Origin: Thermostichus sp. DRC_bins_24
GTDB taxonomy: Bacteria; Cyanobacteriota; Cyanobacteriia; Thermostichales; Thermostichaceae
Length of the DNA stretch: 36,580 nucleotides
Direction: 5' to 3'
Assembly: GCA_039794845.1 (NCBI GenBank)
Contig: JAUQVK010000007.1
Location: 1-36,580, forward strand
Under the pieces are notes generated by a model, which saw nothing but the letters and a program-made list of their open reading frames with translations, did no database searches and was not told the DNA's origin. Each line of letters begins with the position of its first letter. The first letter of the stretch is position 1. Shown here piece by piece: positions 29,511-36,580 of the stretch. The translations under genes and the position numbers were made by a program.

Positions 29511-29541
29511 GCTGTGCGTCTGTATGTTTCTTATAAATTAC

Positions 29542-32500
29542 TTAGTTCTGCAATAAACTTGCTTGAGCCAGAGGCAAACAGACATGGAAGGTGCTGCCAC
29601 TCTCGAGTTGGCTCTCAGCCCAGATTTGGCCACCATGCTGCTGAACAATCTCCTTGCAAATGGCCAGGCCCAATCCAGAACCGCCTTTTTGTCGGGAATC
29701 GGAAGCATCCACCTGTTGGAAGCGCTCAAAAATTTGTTCTAATTTTTCCTCAGGGATCCCTCGCCCTTGATCCCGCACTTGGATGTGAGCTTGCTGCCCC
29801 TCCTGACTTGCCCTTAGCCAAACCTCTCCTGAGCCAGGTGAGAACTTAATGGCATTGCCGAGCAAGTTGGTAAAGACTTGGATCAAGAGATCGGGATCGC
29901 CACTCACTTGCAAATTGGGTTGAATTTGAGAATGAATTCGGATATTGGCCCGTTCGGCCATCATTTGAATCGTATCAATAGCCCGCGATAGGATGTCTTC
30001 GACAGTGCAAATTTGTGTATTGAAGCTAACCTTACCCGAGGCAAGCCGTTCGAGATCGAGAATATCGTTAATCAGTTTGATCAGGCGGGTAGTACTTTGT
30101 TCGGCAATTTGAATCAACCGTTCACCCGCAGGGGACAGGGATCCCATCTTTCCAGTGGCCAGGGCGGTCAGGGATCCATGAATAGCAGTTAGGGGAGTTC
30201 GCAGTTCGTGACTTACCATAGAGACAAACTCCCGTTTCATGCGGTCCAGTTCCCGTTTTTCACGGATATCTCGAGCAATCCAGGAGAAACCAATCCATTC
30301 TCCTTGGGAGTTACAGATTGGAGAAACGGAAAGAAACACCTCCAGCCGCTCTCCCTGCTTATTACGATGTAGAGTTTCGCGGGCATCTTCAGACTGCACT
30401 GGATCCAAAGAAAGGGTTTCATCTACCACCAGGTTGGTTATGTTTTGCCCGATTGCCTCAGCGGCAGAATATCCATACAGGTTCTCAGCAGCGCGATTCC
30501 AGCTGGTTACACAACCTTGTAGATCGGTACTTATAATCGCATCCACCGAAAATTCTACAATGGCCGCTAGGTGGGCCAATTGTTCTTCCGCCAGTTTACG
30601 CTCGGTAATGTTTTCACTAAAAGACACCACAAATGTGGGATCCCCTTCTTCAGTGCGCACCGTGAATACATGGAACTGCACCCAAATTAAGGATCCATCC
30701 TTCCGTCGAAACTGCCGCTCGTAGGTGTAGGTATCCCGTTCTCCTGAAATTAAAGATTGCCAGAGGGCTCGTGACTTCTGTAAATCTGCTTCTAAAGTGT
30801 GGTCTTCTACTCGGAGTTGTTGAATTTCTTCTAGGGTATAGCCACTTTCTTGGCAGGCTAGTGGATTGGCAAACAAATAGCTTGATTTGTCTGCAAAACT
30901 CATTATCACAATGCCGAGGGGCGAATTCTCGAAAATAGCTCGAAACCGTTGTTCACTCTCTCGCAAAGAGGTCTCAACTTGCTTGCGTTTGCTGATATCT
31001 TCGGTAAAAGAGACGATCAATTTTGGGGATCCCTGCTCGTCTCGAAGGGCAAAGTTACGGATTTGGACATTGATCAGGGATCCATCCCGATGGCGATAGA
31101 TTTTCTCGTAATCTATCAGTTGACTGGATCCCTCGATGAGCTTCTGCCAATTTTGCCGTGTAATTTCTAGGTATTCTGGCAGATTATAGTCTTCCCAACG
31201 CAGGTGTTTGAGATCTTCTTCAGCAATTCCCAAAAGATCCAGAGCAGCACTATTCACCTGTAAAAATCGTGGAGGCAACTCTGGCGACATCAGCGCCATG
31301 CTAAAGGGAGCATATTCAAAGATACTGCGGAATTTCTCTTCGCTCTCCCGCAATGCCTCGGTGCGTTCTTGTACTTCTTGCTCAATGCGTTCGTTGGTTT
31401 GCTGTAATTTCTTAAGGGATCCCGTCACTGCCAAGCTCATTTGGTTAAAGGTATTCCCCAATTGGTTCAGTTCCCGAATCCATCCGGCAGGGATCCGGTC
31501 ACTCAATTGCCCTTCTGCCAAAAGTTGTGATTTTGTGGTCAAAGATTGAATGGGCTGGCTAATCCAGCGGTAGATGATAATCCCTATCGTGATTGAGATT
31601 CCCAAAGCAAATAAGCTCGTGATCAAAATTGGCCGCGCAGCAGCCTGAATTGCTTGAGTAAAGTCTGCTTCAGGGATCGCTACCACCAACAGCCAGTCCA
31701 AGCCTTGAGCATGGGTCAGCGGAGTCACCTGTACAAAAAAACGCTCCCCTCTTTCTGTTTTCACTAGCTCTCTTTCTAGAGAAGAAATACCCGAAAACCC
31801 GTTCCACCGCTCATTGATGGCCAGAGTTGCAGCCCGAATCAGCGGATCCGAACTGCTTGCTGCCGGCAGCCGTTCCTGTCCGCCGGGGGTACGAATAAAA
31901 GGCACTTCTTCTGTAGAAGTTGCCACCAATTCACCACTGCGCTCCACGATAAAGCTCTGGCCAGAGTTTCGGATTCGTAGCCCTTTCAGAAACTCTGATA
32001 TTTGCACCAGGGTTAAATCAATCCCCAAAACCCCCTGCCAAACGCCCACCTCATCCCGAACCGGCACGGTTGCGGTAATTCCCAACACGGGTTCCGCCGC
32101 GTACACGTAAATGGGCGACCAAGTGGCGGTTTCTACCTTCATGGCTGCTTGGTACCAGGGGCGTTGTCGCGGGTCAAAATCATCGGTACGGATCAGCTGA
32201 GTCGGGATCCCGTTGGTATCCACTTGCCAAATTTGCCGACGGTTATCCGTTGACGGATCGCGACGGTGCAAGAGGGATGTTGGAGGGGCCTGAACCAACA
32301 AAAAATCCCCCGTCCGAGAACCAAAGTACAGTGTATTCAAGAACGGATCCAGTTGTATTTGTTGCCAGAAAAAAGCTCGTAAACTCTGAAAATCTTGAGG
32401 ATCCAAAAGGCGCTGGTCGAATACCGCTTCATTCACCCGCAACAACAAAAAGGGTTTCTCGGCAAACGCTTTGACGTGCTCCCCAACACTATTGGTGATT

Positions 32501-32676
32501 TCCTGAGCCAGTTCCGACACCAGATCTTCGGCATTCTGTTGCGCTTGGCGAATGCTAAACCAGGCCGTGTAGCCAACTGCCACCGTTAGTTGCACCACAA
32601 AGGGCAAAATCAAAACCCAGCGAATGGGAAAGTGCAGCCTGGGTTCGGGCGGTTCAGCCACCAATACAATCCTCAC
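29542..32676 (-). CDS. Membrane sensor histidine kinase: Cache-like periplasmic domain, HAMP, three PAS domains, HisKA, HATPase
   Basis: Two TM segments flanking FDPRQRPWY...GVLGID; HAMP RELNQLGNTFNQM; SEEKFRSIFE, SEQRFRAIFE, SVDAII/SWNRAAE PAS starts; VSHELRTPL, NAIKF, DQGRGIP, GSGLGL. Confidence 0.93.
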   Translation of the reverse strand: MRIVLVAEPPEPRLHFPIRWVLILPFVVQLTVAVGYTAWFSIRQAQQNAEDLVSELAQEITNSVGEHVKAFAEKPFLLLRVNEAVFDQRLLDPQDFQSLRAFFWQQIQLDPFLNTLYFGSRTGDFLLVQAPPTSLLHRRDPSTDNRRQIWQVDTNGIPTQLIRTDDFDPRQRPWYQAAMKVETATWSPIYVYAAEPVLGITATVPVRDEVGVWQGVLGIDLTLVQISEFLKGLRIRNSGQSFIVERSGELVATSTEEVPFIRTPGGQERLPAASSSDPLIRAATLAINERWNGFSGISSLERELVKTERGERFFVQVTPLTHAQGLDWLLVVAIPEADFTQAIQAAARPILITSLFALGISITIGIIIYRWISQPIQSLTTKSQLLAEGQLSDRIPAGWIRELNQLGNTFNQMSLAVTGSLKKLQQTNERIEQEVQERTEALRESEEKFRSIFEYAPFSMALMSPELPPRFLQVNSAALDLLGIAEEDLKHLRWEDYNLPEYLEITRQNWQKLIEGSSQLIDYEKIYRHRDGSLINVQIRNFALRDEQGSPKLIVSFTEDISKRKQVETSLRESEQRFRAIFENSPLGIVIMSFADKSSYLFANPLACQESGYTLEEIQQLRVEDHTLEADLQKSRALWQSLISGERDTYTYERQFRRKDGSLIWVQFHVFTVRTEEGDPTFVVSFSENITERKLAEEQLAHLAAIVEFSVDAIISTDLQGCVTSWNRAAENLYGYSAAEAIGQNITNLVVDETLSLDPVQSEDARETLHRNKQGERLEVFLSVSPICNSQGEWIGFSWIARDIREKRELDRMKREFVSMVSHELRTPLTAIHGSLTALATGKMGSLSPAGERLIQIAEQSTTRLIKLINDILDLERLASGKVSFNTQICTVEDILSRAIDTIQMMAERANIRIHSQIQPNLQVSGDPDLLIQVFTNLLGNAIKFSPGSGEVWLRASQEGQQAHIQVRDQGRGIPEEKLEQIFERFQQVDASDSRQKGGSGLGLAICKEIVQQHGGQIWAESQLESGSTFHVCLPLAQASLLQN

Positions 32677-32708
32677 TCAGAGACTGGATAAAGATGGATG
32701 GGGATATC

Positions 32709-34169
32709 TTATACACCAAAAGGGAAACGGAAGGGGTAATGACGGCGCAGTCGATTGCCAATGCGGGCCACCAACTCCACCCGCGTCACGGGCTTGCTGA
32801 TGAAGTCGTCTACTCCCTCGTCGAAGGCTTGTGCAATCAGCTCCGGATCTCGATAAGAGGTGAGCATCAGAACCGGCAGGTGTTGATAACGAGAGTAGCT
32901 GCGCAATTCTCGACACAAATCAAGGCCAGATCGGTGGGGCATATCCCAATCCAAAATCACCAACTGGGGTGAACAAGCGTCTAGGTATTGCCAAAACAAC
33001 TGTGTATCCGACACCAGATCCACCTGAAAGTCGCTGAGAAGCTGCGCCAAAATCTGCAAGTAGGTGGGATCATCATCCACCACCAATAAGCGCCCTGGCG
33101 TTGTCTCTTGCGGGCCATCGGGCCGGTCGGGGCTACGGATCGGCATCCCAGACTGAGCGGTATCCAGTTCTTTTTTCAGGGCTTGCCAGAGGCTTCGGCC
33201 TTCTTGGGGGTCAGGGTGAGGGCTATCGATCCACTGCTCGAGGCGACGGGCCAATTCGGTACCCTCTGTGAGGCCAAAGGTTCCCAGGGATCCCGCCAAC
33301 ATGTGGGCGGCTTTGCGGGTTTGGGTTTGTAGCTCTGGGGTGAGGGTGGCCTGTTCTAGGGCCGTGAGTCCAGCTTCAATTTGGCTGAGGCGGGCCAACA
33401 TTTTCGGGCGAAAGTTTGGCCAGGCTGTGGTGAGGAGTTCTTGGGGCTGGGTGGGATCTGGGTGGGGGTCGGGAGGTCGTGTTGGGGAGGGGCCATATTC
33501 CATGTTGAGACGGAACCCCATGCCATACACCGCTTGAATGAACTCGGCAGGTGCACCCGCCTTGCGTAACCCTTGCCGGAGACCCTTAATGTGGGCCTTG
33601 ACGGTTTCTTCTTGAGGGGTATCTTCCAGTGACCACAGGTGCTCGATGATGTCGCTGCGGGTAAACAGGCGCAAAGGGGAACGCAAAAACAGCTCCAACA
33701 GACGATACTCTTTGGGGCGCAAAGAAACGGGGGTGCCATCGTAGTAAACCGTGGCCTGTACAGGATCCAACGTGAGCTTGCCCCACTGCAACAGAATCTG
33801 CTGAGGTTGGGCGCGCCGCCGCAACAATACCCGCAAACGGGCCAGCAACTCCATCCCACTGCAGGGCTTGACCAAATAGTCATCGGCTCCCGCATCCAGC
33901 CCCCGCACCTTGTCTTGATCCTCTGCCAAGGCTGTCAGCATCAAAATGGGGGTGGAGATCCCTTGGGTGCGAATTTTTTGACACAGTTGGATCCCGTCCA
34001 GTCCAGGCAGATCCACATCAATGATCATCAGGTCTGGCTGGGTGGCCAGGGCCATGTCGTATCCCAGGTGGCCATCTTCGGCCAGCTCCAGAGTGTAGCG
34101 TTCCCGCCGTAGGACAGAGGCTATCCATCCCGCCAACACAGGATCATCTTCGATCAAGAGGATTTTCAT
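32709..34169 (-). CDS. Multidomain response regulator REC-wHTH(OmpR)-HPt-REC (RcaC-like architecture)
   Basis: MKILLIEDD...IIDVDLP...GADDYLVKP; wHTH LRPKEY...VKAHIKGLRQ...VYGMGF; HPt AHMLAGSLGTFG; second REC VVDDD...LDWDMP...FISKP. Start at ATG 34169. Confidence 0.92.
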   Translation of the reverse strand: MKILLIEDDPVLAGWIASVLRRERYTLELAEDGHLGYDMALATQPDLMIIDVDLPGLDGIQLCQKIRTQGISTPILMLTALAEDQDKVRGLDAGADDYLVKPCSGMELLARLRVLLRRRAQPQQILLQWGKLTLDPVQATVYYDGTPVSLRPKEYRLLELFLRSPLRLFTRSDIIEHLWSLEDTPQEETVKAHIKGLRQGLRKAGAPAEFIQAVYGMGFRLNMEYGPSPTRPPDPHPDPTQPQELLTTAWPNFRPKMLARLSQIEAGLTALEQATLTPELQTQTRKAAHMLAGSLGTFGLTEGTELARRLEQWIDSPHPDPQEGRSLWQALKKELDTAQSGMPIRSPDRPDGPQETTPGRLLVVDDDPTYLQILAQLLSDFQVDLVSDTQLFWQYLDACSPQLVILDWDMPHRSGLDLCRELRSYSRYQHLPVLMLTSYRDPELIAQAFDEGVDDFISKPVTRVELVARIGNRLRRHYPFRFPFGV

Positions 34170-34315
34170 CGCAGTCGGTAGGTTCTTCGGCACCCAAGCC
34201 TTAGATTTTCTGTGGATTTGCGGAGCAGGAACGCGGCTCAACGGGATCCCTTGGTCCAGACGTTGCCTCCACCTGTGGGAGGATGGAGAACAGCACACCC
34301 CTGTTTCTGTTTCTT

Positions 34316-35092
34316 ATGCTAGACCTGACCGGAAAAAAAGCCTTGGTAACTGGCATCGCCAACGAGCGCTCCATTGCCTGGGGCATCGCCCAACAACTGC
34401 ACAAAGCAGGGGCTAGCTTGGGGGTTACCTACCTGCCGGATGAGCGGGATCGCTTCAAAACCAAAGTCCAACAATTAACGGATCCCTTGCAGCCGGATTT
34501 TCTCCTCCCCTGCGATGTGCAAAGCGATCAGCAAATTGTAGATTTGTTTACAGCAGTGGCCCAGAAATGGGATCAAATCGATATTTTGGTGCATTGCTTG
34601 GCTTTTGTGAAAAAAGAAGAACTGACGGGCGACTTTAGCGCCATTTCCCGGGATGGCTTTGCTCTGGCCATGGATGTGAGTACCTACTCCCTCATCGCCC
34701 TCTGCCGTGCCGCCAAGCCCTTACTGAAATCCGGCAGCAGCGTTCTTACCCTCACCTACCTGGGAGGAGTACGGGTAGTGCCCAACTACAACATGGCGGC
34801 GGTCACCAAAGCGGGCCTGGAAACCTGTGTGCGCTACTTGGCCGCGGAGCTTGGCCCTGCAGGGATCCGGGTGAACGGCATCTCGGCTGGCCCGATTCGC
34901 ACCCTGGCCTCTTCGGCCATTTCCGATTTTCATGCCATGCTACGAGCGGTGGAGGAGAAAGCCCCCCTGCGGCGTAACATCAATCAGGTGGAAGTGGGCA
35001 ACACCGCCGTTTTTCTGGGGAGTGATCTGGCCAGTGGCATTACCGGACAGATTCTTTATGTGGACAGTGGCTACAGCATCCTTGGGTTTTAG
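34316..35092 (+). CDS. fabI: Enoyl-ACP reductase
   Basis: GIANERSIAWGIA, LPCDV, LTYLG, YNMAAVTK (Yx6K), SAGPIRTLAS, YVDSG. Start 34316 chosen (34283 possible). Confidence 0.96.
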   Translation: MLDLTGKKALVTGIANERSIAWGIAQQLHKAGASLGVTYLPDERDRFKTKVQQLTDPLQPDFLLPCDVQSDQQIVDLFTAVAQKWDQIDILVHCLAFVKKEELTGDFSAISRDGFALAMDVSTYSLIALCRAAKPLLKSGSSVLTLTYLGGVRVVPNYNMAAVTKAGLETCVRYLAAELGPAGIRVNGISAGPIRTLASSAISDFHAMLRAVEEKAPLRRNINQVEVGNTAVFLGSDLASGITGQILYVDSGYSILGF

Positions 35093-35125
35093 GATCTTGG
35101 GGATCCCTTCTGGGTCAGCTTCGGC

Positions 35126-36271
35126 ATGAATCGTTTCTCTCCTTTGCAGCGGTTGCTGCTTACCTGGATTTTGATTGTGATCAGCGGTTGGCTGGCCATG
35201 CGGGTGGGCCAGCTGTTCGGGCATTTGCTCACCAATATCTTGACAGCAGCGGTGCTGGCCTTTCTGCTCAACTATCCGGTGCAGGTGTTGCGACGCTATC
35301 GGGTCAATCGAGCTTTGGCGGTAACCTTGGTCTTTGCCCTGTCGGTGATCATTCTGGTGCTGGTGGGAATTGCGGTGGTGCCCATTTTGGCTAAGCAAGT
35401 GGTTCAGCTGGGGGCGCGGATCCCCGATTGGGTGGATACCCTACAAAATTGGCTCAATCAAATCAGCCTTTGGGCTGCCGAGCGCAACATCAATCTTCCG
35501 TTCGGCCAGACGGATCTGGTGAATACCCTCCTGAATCGCCTGCAGGCCAGCGCCGAGAAAATTGCCGGGCAGTCGTTGGATATTCTCCTGGGTACCTTTA
35601 ACCAGGTGATTGATCTGGTGTTGGTGCTGGTGTTGGCCCTTTATATGCTGCTGTACGGAGGGCAGTTCTGGTACGGGCTGCTCAGCCTGCTGCCCAAGCC
35701 TTGGGGACCCCGCATCGGCGAAGCCCTCACCCTAAGTTTTCAAAACTTCTTGATTAGCCAGCTGGTGCTGGGGTTCATCATGGCCTTGATGTTGGTGCCT
35801 GTTTTCGGCATCTTGCGGGTGCCTTTCGGGCTGTTGTTTGGACTGTTGATCGGCTTGCTGGAGGTGATCCCCTTGGTGGGGGGAGTCATCGGCATTGGGG
35901 CGGCAGCGATTTTGCTGGCTTTTCAGGATATTTGGCTGAGCCTGAAGGTGGTATTGGTTTCCTTGGTCGTGCAGCAGGTGAAGGATCGGGTGATTGCCCC
36001 GCGGTTGATGGGGGAACTGATCGGCTTGAACCCGGTGTGGATCTTGATCGCCCTTTTGGTGGGGGCGCAACTGGGGGGCATTTTGGGGGTGATCGTCGCC
36101 ATTCCCCTCACCAGCGTGGTGAAAAGCATTTACGAGATCGCCCGTTCGGCAGAGTTGATGGCGGAGAGTGGGTTAAATTCCGGCCCACAAGGGGTTACTG
36201 AGTCCGAAAGTAGAGTCGTTGAACCCCGTCGGGATCCCAGCTTGACCAAGCCCGAGACCAAACAGATTTAA
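35126..36271 (+). CDS. AI-2E (PerM/UPF0118) family transporter
   Basis: AAVLAFLLNYPV, IPLVG, QQVKDRVIAPRLMG, GLNP, GGILGVIVAIP; many TM helices. Confidence 0.9.
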   Translation: MNRFSPLQRLLLTWILIVISGWLAMRVGQLFGHLLTNILTAAVLAFLLNYPVQVLRRYRVNRALAVTLVFALSVIILVLVGIAVVPILAKQVVQLGARIPDWVDTLQNWLNQISLWAAERNINLPFGQTDLVNTLLNRLQASAEKIAGQSLDILLGTFNQVIDLVLVLVLALYMLLYGGQFWYGLLSLLPKPWGPRIGEALTLSFQNFLISQLVLGFIMALMLVPVFGILRVPFGLLFGLLIGLLEVIPLVGGVIGIGAAAILLAFQDIWLSLKVVLVSLVVQQVKDRVIAPRLMGELIGLNPVWILIALLVGAQLGGILGVIVAIPLTSVVKSIYEIARSAELMAESGLNSGPQGVTESESRVVEPRRDPSLTKPETKQI

Positions 36272-36478
36272 GCCTCCACCGTTATGATGGCCATTGTCTC
36301 GAGGAGGGTAGATGCCAAAGTGGGTTTCTTGAAGGGGTCTCCGCCAGCCGTGCGAGCGTTTCAGCCTTATCCCAACTTGTTGGCTCATCGTTATGGTCAT
36401 CTGGAACCGAGGCACAGCGGTCGGAATTTCACCAAACCGCACTAGCGGTAGCTGCAAAGCTTTCTCGAAGCTGAATAA

Positions 36479-36580
36479 TCAGGCCTGAGTGCCCTGCAAA
36501 AACACGCGATGCACCAAACCGCTGACAACCGAGAGCACAATCGCGCCGACAAAGGCCCAGCCGAAGTTATCGAAAACGAA
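36479..36580 (-). CDS. 3' end of a small membrane protein, resembling the YvlD/phage holin family IV
   Basis: Manual translation FVFDNFGWAFVGAIVLSVVSGLVHRVFLQGTQA*; only 33 residues visible. Confidence 0.55.
   Translation of the reverse strand, partial: FVFDNFGWAFVGAIVLSVVSGLVHRVFLQGTQA

Larger units (their letters stand above)
1..36580. repeat. Highly iterated palindrome GGGATCCC (HIP1-type variant), dispersed
   Basis: Dozens of copies in coding and intergenic DNA (e.g. 3139, 3166, 17694, 17707, 28136, 29753), against well under a few expected by chance for an 8-mer in 36 kb. Confidence 0.93.

Noticed and set aside
36284..36445. 53-aa + strand ORF after the AI-2E gene
   Set aside because: No RBS or recognisable motif; cannot be supported without conservation data.
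36479..36580. Prophage edge implied by the holin-like gene
   Set aside because: YvlD-like genes are common chromosomal genes and no phage genes are in view.

Overview
Core-like chromosomal segment of a thermophilic cyanobacterium. The octamer GGGATCCC (a HIP1-type variant known from hot-spring Synechococcus/Thermostichus) is iterated throughout, so the lineage call is an inference. Left to right: a minus-strand fermentation cluster (transcribed pflB, pentapeptide-repeat gene, pflA, OsmC gene, adhE; adhE runs off the window), hppD, a single-domain response regulator, gpsA, an alpha/beta hydrolase, gcvH, an FHA-GGDEF cyclase, uxs and ugd, a CDF transporter, an apparently truncated TPR-like gene, a metallophosphoesterase, a lipoprotein, a COG0523 GTPase, two small hypotheticals, guaA, a membrane hypothetical, rsmG, an RRM protein, a divergent Mn/Zn ABC transporter, aspS, an AT-rich FkbM methyltransferase, a Cache/PAS histidine kinase with an RcaC-like regulator, fabI, an AI-2E transporter and a partial holin-like gene. 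No rRNA, tRNA, CRISPR array or transposase was recognised. Best leads: (1) a ~163-nt rod-like hairpin upstream of guaA whose deviations from a perfect inverted repeat are mostly G-U compatible on the + strand (ncRNA or MITE); (2) an FHA-GGDEF protein with its own N-terminal Thr-Thr tail, suggesting phospho-gated c-di-GMP synthesis next to UDP-xylose genes; (3) OsmC and pentapeptide genes embedded in the pfl/adhE cluster; (4) twin ManR-like boxes over both start codons of the divergent ABC genes. All calls were made by eye; no database search or folding program was run.
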